A stretch of 64,000 nt of DNA from Clostridia bacterium. Its GTDB lineage: Bacteria; Bacillota; Clostridia; JAAYHZ01. The stretch covers positions 32,001 through 96,000 of the forward strand of contig JBMNIH010000005.1 in NCBI GenBank assembly GCA_050950825.1, in the 5' to 3' direction. Positions 50,250-59,355 of this stretch are shown here, piece after piece (the stretch's first letter is position 1; the number at the start of each line of letters is the position of its first letter). The notes under the pieces were generated by a model. That model had not been told where the DNA came from. It worked only from the letters and a program-made list of their open reading frames with translations, and made no database searches. The position numbers and the translations under genes were made by a program.

Positions 50250-52307
50250 CTAATAGCTTCTTTTATACCGTGCCACAAATACCGTGGCGGCAACCGGTAA
50301 AAGAACAAGCACACCCGTGAGTATCGGCGAATTGCTTTGATTATCCCGTGATCTCGGTATATTTATATTCGTACGGTTTTGGGTCCGCCCTTCCCGGTTC
50401 TCTTGGCCTCCCGGAAAGAACCCTCCCTGTCCCGGGCCGCCTTGGGCCGGCATTTGTCGGTCGGGAACGGCTCTTTGTTGTCCGTCTTGGAAAAACCATC
50501 CAAACCCGCCTTCTTGTTGGAATCCTCCCGGAAACTCAAAATTTCTACCGTCTCTGCCTCCTAGCATGCTTCCTAATACGGACAGGTTCAAATTTCCCGC
50601 AGGCACCAACTTATTCGGATTTTGGGCCTGTTCCTGCGTTGTAGAAGGAACCGATCCGTCAAGCTGCCCTTGCACGCTTTGGGCGCGGAGATTCCCTAGG
50701 GTTATAAACGCGGAGACGGCCGTTTTGTATTCCTCGTAAGAGCAAAAGGCGGTAGGGTCGTTTTTCACGTATTCGGAAATCAAAGCGTCCAGCTCTTTGA
50801 TTTTCTGCTCGAACTTCCCTTCCGAGAAATAGTTGTCAACCAACCGCTGCAAATAGCCGTGGTAGCGATCCTTGTATTCTTCATCGGACAACAGCTTATC
50901 GATCAAAGGACGGCTTGCCATGCTCACACCGCTTACGGGCGTGTCAACGGGAAAGTTGATCACGGAAGAAGCGCTGCTGTTAAAGAATCCGCCCCAAGCA
51001 AGGTTGTAGTCCCAAGGCAGGACGGTAACTTTTCCGTCTCGCTCGTAAATATAGTAGTTTTGCGCCATTTGGGAGCTGTAGCTGTCCAAGTTCACAACAA
51101 AGGTATGTGCCGCCAAATAGCGTAATATCTTGTCGATGTCAAAGTACTTTTCAAGGTCTTTTCCTTCCGATAAAGCTTTGATCGCTTCGATAACGCGTAA
51201 ATAATCTTTTTCCGTTCCTTTTCCTACCGTGTTGTTAAAAATCGCCGGGTAGCTTTGGGGGTTGTCATCGATGTATTCCAAGCTGCCTCCCGAGCCTCCT
51301 CTCATGCCCATACCCCCGAAGTTCCAATTAAACCCGCCGTTATTATTCCATGCCGGCGGATTGAAATCATCCATTGCCGGCGGATTATTATCACTCGTCC
51401 CCGGAGGATTGTTTTGAGGAGGATTCATAAAAGGCCAAGCGTTTTGCTGCGGAAAACGCGGAGTATTCGAGTCGGAGGGTTCTCTTGTCTCGGGAGGCGA
51501 ATCGGAAGGCGAAAACCCTCTCGGAGGTGTCGACGGCGCCCCTCCTTCATTTCGAGGCCCCTGTTGAAAACCGGGATTCTGCTGAAACGCACCTCCGAAA
51601 GGCATTTGGGGCCATCCTTCTTGCCTGTTCGGCATGTTTTCTTGTTCTCCCCGTCCGAAATCGCCGATGTTTCCTCCGAATCCCGACATTTTTACGTTGT
51701 ACAGCATTCCTTTCGTATCGCCGAAAACCCGCTGTTCATAGCTGTCGTTATACAGTTCCACGGCAAGGTACAGTCCCCAAGGTTCACCGTTTACCTTAAC
51801 CTCCGCATAACCGAAATAGGGAGCGTCTACGCCGGCTTCACGCGTCAAATCGTAGGAGATATACTCCTTCATGTATGTATAATCCCCTAGCATGTTGTTG
51901 ATAACAAAGCTTTCCAGGCCGAAACAGGTCTGTTTTTTGACGTATTCGTTAAATTGAAGGCGAAAGCTGTATCGATCGCTGTTGGAGCTTGCCACTTGGG
52001 TTAAGCTGGAGTTCCCTTTGGGGCGAATGCCGATGTTCATAAATTTCGTGCCGTTTACAATCACATCCGCCATAATAAACTGCTCGTTGATGGCATTGTC
52101 CAGCATTTCCTGCCAGTCGTCTTCATCCGCGAGGATGTCAATGGAAATGATGTCGGTACCGAAAATCTTCCGCGCATACTCCGGTTCCGTTTTCAGATTC
52201 CCCTTTTGGGCTTCCGTATTCGCTACCGCCACAAGGGTAACGCTTACGGCCAAGGCGAAAATTACGGCAATCGCCACGACAATATGTATCTTATTATTCT
52301 TAATCAT
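50250..52307 (-). CDS. CotH kinase family protein, membrane-anchored
   Basis: GIRPKGNSS, GLYLAVE, NLDSY..NYY, LPWDYNLAWG; N- and C-terminal hydrophobic segments; P/G/Q-rich inserts. Confidence 0.88.
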   Translation of the reverse strand: MIKNNKIHIVVAIAVIFALAVSVTLVAVANTEAQKGNLKTEPEYARKIFGTDIISIDILADEDDWQEMLDNAINEQFIMADVIVNGTKFMNIGIRPKGNSSLTQVASSNSDRYSFRLQFNEYVKKQTCFGLESFVINNMLGDYTYMKEYISYDLTREAGVDAPYFGYAEVKVNGEPWGLYLAVELYNDSYEQRVFGDTKGMLYNVKMSGFGGNIGDFGRGEQENMPNRQEGWPQMPFGGAFQQNPGFQQGPRNEGGAPSTPPRGFSPSDSPPETREPSDSNTPRFPQQNAWPFMNPPQNNPPGTSDNNPPAMDDFNPPAWNNNGGFNWNFGGMGMRGGSGGSLEYIDDNPQSYPAIFNNTVGKGTEKDYLRVIEAIKALSEGKDLEKYFDIDKILRYLAAHTFVVNLDSYSSQMAQNYYIYERDGKVTVLPWDYNLAWGGFFNSSASSVINFPVDTPVSGVSMASRPLIDKLLSDEEYKDRYHGYLQRLVDNYFSEGKFEQKIKELDALISEYVKNDPTAFCSYEEYKTAVSAFITLGNLRAQSVQGQLDGSVPSTTQEQAQNPNKLVPAGNLNLSVLGSMLGGRDGRNFEFPGGFQQEGGFGWFFQDGQQRAVPDRQMPAQGGPGQGGFFPGGQENREGRTQNRTNINIPRSRDNQSNSPILTGVLVLLPVAATVFVARYKRSY

Positions 52308-52326
52308 GCTTTCACCCCATTAAACT

Positions 52327-52998
52327 TTAGTCGGCGTATTCGCCGTTGAAGCTTACAAGGCAAGCATTGTTCACTCCGTTTATCTTTAACAATTCATTTA
52401 AAAGCTTTGCCGACATGTCCAAAAGGCGTACTTCGACGGTAAGCTCGATGCCGTTTTTGGAAACGGTCTTCGATTTGATTATATTCTTCTTTGTTTTTTC
52501 CTTGATTAAATTCATGCAATCCTGCTCCGCTTTATCATCCGCAAGGTTCAGCACCACGATGTACGGCGTATCGGTGCTTTTCCTGTTTACGAAAATAAAG
52601 AGCATAAGACCGATGAATAGCGATCCGATGATGGCAAGCGGAATCAACCCCGCACCCAATACGATGCCCGCCGAAATCGCCCAGAACAAAAAGGCAATAT
52701 CCAAGGGCTCCTTAATGGCCGTTCGAAAACGAACAATGGATAACGCGCCTACCATACCGAGGGACAGCACCAAATTCGATGTGACCGCAAGGATGATGAG
52801 GGTAGTGATCATGGTCATCGCCATAATGGAAACACCGAAGGCCGCGGAGTACATGACCCCCGAATAGGTTTTTTTGTAAACGTAAAAGATAAACAGCCCG
52901 ATGGCGAAAGCAAGTAGCATGGCAAGGGCTACATCCAAAACGGAAAATTCAACGGCCTTTTCCAAAAAGCTCGATTTAAAAACATCTCGAAAAGTCAT
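52327..52998 (-). CDS. DUF4956 membrane protein
   Basis: SLGMVGALSIVRFRTAIKEP. Confidence 0.88.
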   Translation of the reverse strand: MTFRDVFKSSFLEKAVEFSVLDVALAMLLAFAIGLFIFYVYKKTYSGVMYSAAFGVSIMAMTMITTLIILAVTSNLVLSLGMVGALSIVRFRTAIKEPLDIAFLFWAISAGIVLGAGLIPLAIIGSLFIGLMLFIFVNRKSTDTPYIVVLNLADDKAEQDCMNLIKEKTKKNIIKSKTVSKNGIELTVEVRLLDMSAKLLNELLKINGVNNACLVSFNGEYAD

Positions 52999-53022
52999 AG
53001 CATTTCCTCCTCACAATCTCTT

Positions 53023-53700
53023 CTAAATATATCTTGCCGCTGCATATTTGGAAAACGACGTACTTTTTCTGCCGGAAAGCGAAACCGCACCTCGGATGAT
53101 TTCAGGCAAGAAGCTGTCGTACTTAACTTCGAGATTATACACGTCTTGAATGGGTATGGGAGCCGGTTCTTTTTTTAAGAAACCATAAACATTGGAGCCT
53201 GTTCGTATGTCGTAATCCAGCGTCACCCTCACGTTCCCCGGAGAGTATACAAACGCTTCGCGCCAATACTCCACAATGTTTTTCGGTCGAAGCTGCAGGT
53301 AAAACATTTTCGCATAAAGCTCCAAGCAGAAAGGATTCTCCTTTTCCTTTAAAACGGCATAATCCCCCGAAAGGAGCCTTTTGCAATCTTCCTCCGATAA
53401 AAGGGCACCTTCTTTATAGCATAAGCCGCCTTGCTTGCTCTTTTTTTCAAGGCGTATAAAAGAGGTATCGTTGTTGTACAACCTTAAGCGAAATTTCTCA
53501 CGCCCGTCTACTCCGTTGATTTTTTCCATTAACACTTTGTCGTTGTAATTATCGAAGTAGAGGCTTTTGACACGATAGCCGTATCCTTCCTTGGAGTTCT
53601 CATCCCGTTTTGCGATTAGGGAAAGCCGGGACCGAAGCTCCAACAAATCGGCGTAATTGATATAGTGCTTCAGCTCACGTCTGCCGCATGGTCGGCTCAT
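53023..53700 (-). CDS. VTC-domain (polyphosphate polymerase-like) protein
   Basis: RELKH, SLYFD, REKFRLRLY, LEKK, Y.REAF, RVTLD, LEVKY, SKY; RBS before ATG 53700. Confidence 0.88.
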   Translation of the reverse strand: MSRPCGRRELKHYINYADLLELRSRLSLIAKRDENSKEGYGYRVKSLYFDNYNDKVLMEKINGVDGREKFRLRLYNNDTSFIRLEKKSKQGGLCYKEGALLSEEDCKRLLSGDYAVLKEKENPFCLELYAKMFYLQLRPKNIVEYWREAFVYSPGNVRVTLDYDIRTGSNVYGFLKKEPAPIPIQDVYNLEVKYDSFLPEIIRGAVSLSGRKSTSFSKYAAARYI

Positions 53701-53731
53701 CCTCTCCTCTCCTTTCCTCTCGGATAAGTCC

Positions 53732-53785
53732 ATTATAGGCGATGAAACTGAAATGCATTTGTCCGTTATCTGAACTTTATCTGAA
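53732..53785 (-). promoter_or_regulatory. -10 box and tandem direct repeats (OmpR-type site) of the VTC operon
   Basis: TTCAGATAA twice with 11-nt period (53785-53777, 53774-53766) upstream of TATAAT (53737-53732). Confidence 0.55.
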
Positions 53786-53834
53786 AATTTTATAAAGAAT
53801 CCATATAAAAAAGTCAAGAAGAAAATATCCGGTA

Positions 53835-55205
53835 TTATCCGTACAAACGCTTGATCAGCTTAAGTCCCTTTTTCCCGGTAGAGTAACGGAAAGGGATGTC
53901 AAAAAGCGTGGTTTGCTTCAAAATAATTTTTTTATGAGAAAAAGCATCGAAGCTTGCTTTCCCGTGGTAATATCCCATCCCGCTTTTCCCTACTCCTCCA
54001 AAGGGCAAATAGGGAGACGTCACGTGAAATATGGTATCGTTGATACAGCCTCCCCCAAAGGAGACGTTACTTAAAACTTCTTTTTCGACGGCGGAGCTTT
54101 CCGTAAACAAGTACAGGGCCAAAGGATCGGGATGCCGAAGAATTCCGTTGAAAACCTCCGTTAAGCTGTCGTACTCCATAACGGGAAGTACGGGTCCGAA
54201 TATTTCCTCCTGCATAACGTGATGCTCCCAAGTGATGCCGGTTAAAACCGTAGGTTCGATTACCAAGCGCTCTTCATCAAAGGAGCCTCCTAAGATAATT
54301 TCTCCTTCGTTCAAATAACCGGTCAGACGTTGAAAATGCTTCCGGTTCACAATCCTTGTATAATGAGGGTTTTTTACGGGAGAAGCACCGTAAAGATCAA
54401 AAACGGCTTTTTTCAGCTCTTCCAAAAAAAGATCACGGACATTTCGGTGTACGTAAACGTAATCCGGAGCTATGCATGTTTGACCTGCATTGATAAACTT
54501 CCCCCAAACGATTCTTTTTGCGGCAAGCCGGATTTTGGCATCCTCATGGACGATGCAAGGCGATTTTCCTCCAAGCTCCAGGGTAACGGGAGTCAAATGC
54601 CTCGCCGCCTTTTCCATCACGATTTTCCCCACTCTTTCGCTGCCGGTGAAAAATATTTTATCAAACGGCTCCTCCAAAAGATCTTGTCCGGTATCGATAT
54701 CGCCCGGCACTACGGCGATATATTCTTCCGGATAGAGTTTTTTGATGATGTCCTCCAAAACCTCGGAGGTTTTCAAGGACATCTCCGACGGCTTGATGAC
54801 GGCACAGTTACCCGCACCGATAGCCCCGATCAAAGGAGCGATGGCAAGCTGAAAAGGATAATTCCAAGGGGATAAAATAAGCGCCGTGCCGTAAGGGTCG
54901 GAGTACACGGTATTTACAGAACCGATCTGAAACCAAGATGACTTTACTCTTTTCGGTTTTGCCCAAGACCGAAGATTTTTTAAGAAAAAGCGAATCTCCT
55001 CCAAGACATAGCCGATTTCGGTGGTATAGGCTTCGAAATCCGATTTATTTAAGTCTTTTTTCAAAGCATCCGTTATTTTGCTTTCGTTTTCCTTGATGGA
55101 TTCTTTTAAGTCTTGTAAGGCTTTTATCCGATACTCTATGTTCTTGGTCTTACCGGTTAAAAAGAAATCTTTTTGCTTTCGGACAAGATCGTGAGCATCC
55201 TTCAT
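53835..55205 (-). CDS. Aldehyde dehydrogenase (ALDH3-like)
   Basis: PWNYP, KPSE, FTGS, LELGGKSP, GQTCIAPD, EEIFGP, PFGGVG.SG. Confidence 0.93.
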   Translation of the reverse strand: MKDAHDLVRKQKDFFLTGKTKNIEYRIKALQDLKESIKENESKITDALKKDLNKSDFEAYTTEIGYVLEEIRFFLKNLRSWAKPKRVKSSWFQIGSVNTVYSDPYGTALILSPWNYPFQLAIAPLIGAIGAGNCAVIKPSEMSLKTSEVLEDIIKKLYPEEYIAVVPGDIDTGQDLLEEPFDKIFFTGSERVGKIVMEKAARHLTPVTLELGGKSPCIVHEDAKIRLAAKRIVWGKFINAGQTCIAPDYVYVHRNVRDLFLEELKKAVFDLYGASPVKNPHYTRIVNRKHFQRLTGYLNEGEIILGGSFDEERLVIEPTVLTGITWEHHVMQEEIFGPVLPVMEYDSLTEVFNGILRHPDPLALYLFTESSAVEKEVLSNVSFGGGCINDTIFHVTSPYLPFGGVGKSGMGYYHGKASFDAFSHKKIILKQTTLFDIPFRYSTGKKGLKLIKRLYG

Positions 55206-55223
55206 CTGCATTCCTCCTGACAT

Positions 55224-55248
55224 AAAAAGGAGTCGCTCGTGACTCCTT
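55224..55248 (-). terminator. Terminator closing the RiPP operon
   Basis: Minus strand AAGGAGTC-acgagc-GACTCCTT-TTT. Confidence 0.65.
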
Positions 55249-55316
55249 GATATTTTCCGTATTTTATCCGCTCCATAGCCGACGTAAAGTTTTTCGGCGG
55301 CAACAAGCTTTCCCCT

Positions 55317-55790
55317 TTATTTTATCCTATGCTTCGAAAGCATGCAAATCCATTTGTAATATCGGCCTTTAAAAACTTGCTCCGTGTTTTTCACAACAAG
55401 AAACCTTTTATGCATCTTTAAAGAAAGAAAGACAATCAAAATGCTTTTTAAGCCGTAGGAGACCTTCTGCTCCGTTCCGTCGTCCCTGATTATTGTAACC
55501 ACCCTTCCGAAGCAATCCTTCGGATCAACGCTTTCGACGGCTACGGCATGGTCGCCTTTTATATACCACATATCCTTTTTCATTCGAACGATTCGGTGGG
55601 TAAGAAGCCTTCCTTTTTGATCAAAGGCGGTCACGATATCCCCTATTCGATAGCTTTCCGCTTTTTCAAGAACCACTTGATCCCCGGAGGATATGATAGG
55701 TTCCATACTGACTCCCTTCACCGTGATGCGATTGTTGTTTTGTCTTAATTGTATTTCGGTCAGAGCTTTATACAGATTGGTTTGATCCAT
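55317..55790 (-). CDS. S24/S26 family peptidase (Ser-His signal-peptidase-like)
   Basis: GVSMEP..SGD, GDIV, THRI, KGD. Confidence 0.85.
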   Translation of the reverse strand: MDQTNLYKALTEIQLRQNNNRITVKGVSMEPIISSGDQVVLEKAESYRIGDIVTAFDQKGRLLTHRIVRMKKDMWYIKGDHAVAVESVDPKDCFGRVVTIIRDDGTEQKVSYGLKSILIVFLSLKMHKRFLVVKNTEQVFKGRYYKWICMLSKHRIK

Positions 55791-56601
55791 GGACGGTTCC
55801 TCTTAAAACCTCTTCTACATAATCCATACGGCTGTAGTTTAATTCATGCGTTCCGGCCTTTGCAAGCTCAATCAACAATTGGACGAAAGAAGGATCCGGT
55901 TTTTGGACGGTATATTGATTCTTCAAAAGCATTAAAAACCCTTCCTGTGACGAGAGCGGGCTTAAAGCTTGGATATCCTTTGTTCTTGCGATCTTGAATA
56001 TTCCTGCCAATGAATACTCCGAGTTTTTATATGACGCGTATACGACCTTTCTCTTGATATCTCCGTACTCGAAAAACTCCCCTTCGACGTCGATTCCGCA
56101 ATTTGTTAAAACCTCCGCTCCGCCTTCTCTTAATTGGATCGGACGAGGAAAAGGAATGATTTTTTTATCTTTTTTACGTATAAGCGCCAAGTCGTCCGAC
56201 AAATAGTCGAATCCCCGCTTGACCAAATAGGCGGTGAGGGTGGATTTTCCGGATCCCGTAGTTCCGGTTAGGATAAAGGCTTTGCCGGATAAACCGACTA
56301 CGGCTCCGTGTATGGCAAGAATCTCCTCGTCTACGGTCGTGGATTCGAACAGAATGTTTTCTATGGCTTGCAAGGCATAGCCACGAGGGATTTTTATCGT
56401 GCTTCCTTGGCAAGTAAAAAGACCGATTTTTGCTTCGTAGGTAATCTCCACGGTCCGGTCTTCGGAGACAGTTTCAAGGCGCATCGGGTTTTGTATAAAG
56501 GGATTGTAGAAAGCATAGAGAATTCGGGTTAACGATTCATCGTCGGTATTCACAACAACAACGGGTTTTTGATAGGGGCGTTTGATTCGTATTTTATGCA
56601 T
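55768..56601 (-). CDS. HPr-kinase-like P-loop kinase (RiPP-associated)
   Basis: IHGAVV..G....GTTGSGKST..LSDD..PFP. Confidence 0.8.
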   Translation of the reverse strand: MHKIRIKRPYQKPVVVVNTDDESLTRILYAFYNPFIQNPMRLETVSEDRTVEITYEAKIGLFTCQGSTIKIPRGYALQAIENILFESTTVDEEILAIHGAVVGLSGKAFILTGTTGSGKSTLTAYLVKRGFDYLSDDLALIRKKDKKIIPFPRPIQLREGGAEVLTNCGIDVEGEFFEYGDIKRKVVYASYKNSEYSLAGIFKIARTKDIQALSPLSSQEGFLMLLKNQYTVQKPDPSFVQLLIELAKAGTHELNYSRMDYVEEVLRGTVHGSNQSV

Positions 56602-57625
56602 GTAGATCTTCCCTGCGCATAGTCAGTACGTTTTTTGCCACTTGTCTGGATATTTGCAGTTTTCGGAAATTGCAGTCCCCGTCATCGGCAAGATAATCCT
56701 TCGTAAGATGATATGCGGATGCGGCGCAGCCTCTTCCGCATAAGTTTTTGCTTATACATTTGTGGCATCCGTAGTCGCACTTTTGTCTTTCCGACAATAG
56801 CGATTGCAGCTCCTTCAGTTTTTCTTCCATGGAGTCGAAATCAAGCCGGTACAAGGAACCGACGGAAAATTCGGGTTCATACAAGTTTTGGCAAGGTTGA
56901 ATGTCTCCGTTGGATTTAACGCAGATACTCAGCCGGTCTAAATTAATTATGGAGCAATTAAAAGTGGCGTAAGGTACGGTAGTCTTAATCCCGTACTTTT
57001 CTTGAAGCTTCTCGATTTTTTCAATGACCTTCAGTTTTTCTTCGGGAGTCAGTTCGATTTCCCTCCAATACCGGTCCGCATGTCCCATTTTCTCCGCAAA
57101 TGCAAAGGAAGGCTTGCAATTGTTTTCAATTGCAAGCACAAAATACTCCTCAACTAAACTGAAATTAAGTCGAGAAACGGTCATTTTGATGATCGGAGAG
57201 ACCTTAGGCTGAAAAGAAGACAAATTTCTCATTGTCTTCATGTAACTGCCTTTTTCCCGAACCCTTGCGTTAGTTTCGTCATCGATACCGTCAATACTGA
57301 ACTGTACGGAGAAACGATCATCCGTTTCCAGTAGACGATAAAAACGGTCGCATCGTACGGTGCCGTTTGTCACCACGAAGAAAGACAATTCTTTGTGCTT
57401 TTCCATCACATCCAGAACCTGTCCCCACTGTCGGTGCAGCAACGGTTCGCCTCCGGAAATGTCAAAGATGGATAATCCGTATCTTTGATGAAAAGCAACA
57501 AGAAACTTTTCAAGCTCATCGGCCGGAATTTCCTGCAGTTCCCTTTTTGAGCCGGATGCGTTGTAGCAATGTCGGCAATTCAGATTGCACCTATTCGTAA
57601 TTTCCACATAGCAAGACCGTATCAT
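56594..57625 (-). CDS. Radical SAM/SPASM peptide maturase
   Basis: CNLNCRHC, SGGEPLL, TNG, SIDG; SPASM C..GDIQPC..CHKC..LCGRGC..C. Confidence 0.92.
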   Translation of the reverse strand: MIRSCYVEITNRCNLNCRHCYNASGSKRELQEIPADELEKFLVAFHQRYGLSIFDISGGEPLLHRQWGQVLDVMEKHKELSFFVVTNGTVRCDRFYRLLETDDRFSVQFSIDGIDDETNARVREKGSYMKTMRNLSSFQPKVSPIIKMTVSRLNFSLVEEYFVLAIENNCKPSFAFAEKMGHADRYWREIELTPEEKLKVIEKIEKLQEKYGIKTTVPYATFNCSIINLDRLSICVKSNGDIQPCQNLYEPEFSVGSLYRLDFDSMEEKLKELQSLLSERQKCDYGCHKCISKNLCGRGCAASAYHLTKDYLADDGDCNFRKLQISRQVAKNVLTMRREDLHA

Positions 57626-57906
57626 CCGACTGTTTCTTTCTCCGCTTTTTTCAGTAAACCGTTCTCTACAAACCGGTTTACCAATTCCTTAATGTCATTT
57701 TGAATAACGCTGCGTTCACCTTCGTACTTTTCAAGCAGCATGTCCGTAGCTTCTTCAAGATCCCTTTCGGTCTCAAAGCAGTTCAAGACATCCAAAGCTA
57801 TACCGTCTAACACCAGGGTATTCCCCGTGCTGCCGTCAAAGTATACACAGCCTTCTCCGTCGTCTAAGGGCATTTCCTCATAGACGATGCTCTTTATGAA
57901 CCTCAT
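57622..57906 (-). CDS. PqqD family RiPP recognition element (RRE)
   Basis: 94 aa; beta strands then L..KYE....IQNDI.E....F.E.GLL helical pattern; between precursor and rSAM. Confidence 0.85.
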   Translation of the reverse strand: MRFIKSIVYEEMPLDDGEGCVYFDGSTGNTLVLDGIALDVLNCFETERDLEEATDMLLEKYEGERSVIQNDIKELVNRFVENGLLKKAEKETVG

Positions 57907-58052
57907 AGAGCCATCCTACCTATGCGTATGAGATCACAAGCAACTCCATAGGTTGAGCATGCTCCGGAAACCACAACCTTATTGAGCTCATCCAACGTGA
58001 TGACCTCCATTGTCGGTTTCTGCCACTGCTTCTTGATCGTTTCTTGTTTCAT
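57903..58052 (-). CDS. 49-aa RiPP precursor peptide (unannotated)
   Basis: RBS AGGAGG (58066-58061); MKQETIKKQWQKPTMEVITLDELNKVVVSGACSTYGVACDLIRIGRMAL*; stop overlaps the PqqD start (ATGA). Confidence 0.82.
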   Translation of the reverse strand: MKQETIKKQWQKPTMEVITLDELNKVVVSGACSTYGVACDLIRIGRMAL

Positions 58053-58074
58053 TGTTCAATCCTCCTATCGATTA

Positions 58075-59136
58075 TTAGTGTATAATCTTTTTCAGTTGTC
58101 TTAAGGCAATATTGATTGAATCCGGTCGGATCTTGTAATAGGAGCGCTTGCCTTCGTTTCTTCTTTCCACCAATCCCGATTGGTACAAAATATCCAAATG
58201 GTGGGACAGGGAGGATAAGGGTAATCCCAATCGCTCCGCGATTTCACTGGCAAACAATTCCCCGTCTTTAATGGTTTTGATGATGCTTATTCGTGTTTCA
58301 TCGGTAAAGGCTTTGAAGAACGTAATTTCATCCTCGTGAATATCCTGTACGACCTGCAAGCCTCTATCGTAATCAAATCCTAAATATACATTCAAAGTCC
58401 GTCTATACATTCGATATTGTATGGTATAGGGTATGAAAAATCCTACGGCAAGTCGAACCGTTGTAAATCGGCCTGATTTTACAAGGCTTGCATAGTTATC
58501 GGACATCTTCATAAGCCGGCTGTCGCCGTAGGCTTCAAATCTTTTTCCGACGGTTTCATAATATTCATCGATCAATTTTCGGTGGTTATCGTACTCGATT
58601 TCCAACTCTCTTGCAAAGTCCGTCAATGATTTGACTATTTTTCGCTTCGTTCCTTCAGGGGATTCGATCAACGATAGCATGTTCCATTTCAGGTCCGCAT
58701 CCAAATTGATGCCGTCCAAAAACACCATTAACAGTTTCTTGTTTTCTAATAGGAATTGATAAAAGGAGTCGGGAAAATGATTCTTCGAATCATAAAAATC
58801 CAATAATTTTATTTGCAATTCATCGGTGTCGATATCGTTAAAAGCATTGATTAACTCCTCAATGGATTCACCGTTCACCAACGATTCCGCCATTAAATTA
58901 GGAAAAAAGGTCATTCCGTTATCACATGTGTGAAAAAAAAGGCGAATCAAAGGAAGGTCATTTTTTATGTATTCTCGTAAACGAGAATACGCGGTTTTAA
59001 CATTTCGCGGCACAGAGAGGTCATAATCGGTATAGATTTCATCAAGATTTTTGCACCGCGTTAACAGATTAAGAAGAGCAGTAAAATCATAAATTTTACC
59101 CTTCTCCGGCTCGTACAAGTATGTTATGTCATTCAT
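58075..59136 (-). CDS. ArsR/SmtB-family regulator with large N-terminal domain
   Basis: C-terminal FKAFTDETRISI..EIAERLGL..SSLSHHL..L..SGLV..EG...YY. Confidence 0.85.
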   Translation of the reverse strand: MNDITYLYEPEKGKIYDFTALLNLLTRCKNLDEIYTDYDLSVPRNVKTAYSRLREYIKNDLPLIRLFFHTCDNGMTFFPNLMAESLVNGESIEELINAFNDIDTDELQIKLLDFYDSKNHFPDSFYQFLLENKKLLMVFLDGINLDADLKWNMLSLIESPEGTKRKIVKSLTDFARELEIEYDNHRKLIDEYYETVGKRFEAYGDSRLMKMSDNYASLVKSGRFTTVRLAVGFFIPYTIQYRMYRRTLNVYLGFDYDRGLQVVQDIHEDEITFFKAFTDETRISIIKTIKDGELFASEIAERLGLPLSSLSHHLDILYQSGLVERRNEGKRSYYKIRPDSINIALRQLKKIIH

Positions 59137-59327
59137 TATATTACCTCAAAAATATTATCAATGATAATGGAAAACACGAACCAAAACAGTTCGATCGGTT
59201 ATCTGTCGTAATTTTTTCGTATAATTTTATATTTTTCTTTAGTAACGACCGATAAATTCATTAATATCGCCTAAATTGGTTGATATCCCCTAAAAATCTT
59301 CCTTTATTTTACCTCACATCGAAATTA

Positions 59328-59355
59328 ATTATATCATTCCTTTGTTTAAATTCAA
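59328..59355 (-). promoter_or_regulatory. sigmaA promoter for the ArsR-RiPP operon
   Basis: TTGAAT-16nt-TATAAT with extended TGn. Confidence 0.5.

Noticed and set aside
48190-52307. Apparent odd substitutions (DMPDIS and PYIRDR in the kinase, LLPVAA in the CotH anchor) suggesting decay or editing
   Set aside because: Cannot be distinguished from natural variation or consensus error without alignments; frames and catalytic motifs are intact
55317-58052. Lasso peptide cluster (kinase, RRE, WxKP leader)
   Set aside because: No asparagine-synthetase-like cyclase or transglutaminase-like B2 protease; the maturase is a radical SAM-SPASM enzyme
56594-58052. PQQ biosynthesis or SCIFF system
   Set aside because: Precursor lacks the PqqA E-x3-Y motif and the six Cys of SCIFF; no pqqB or pqqC
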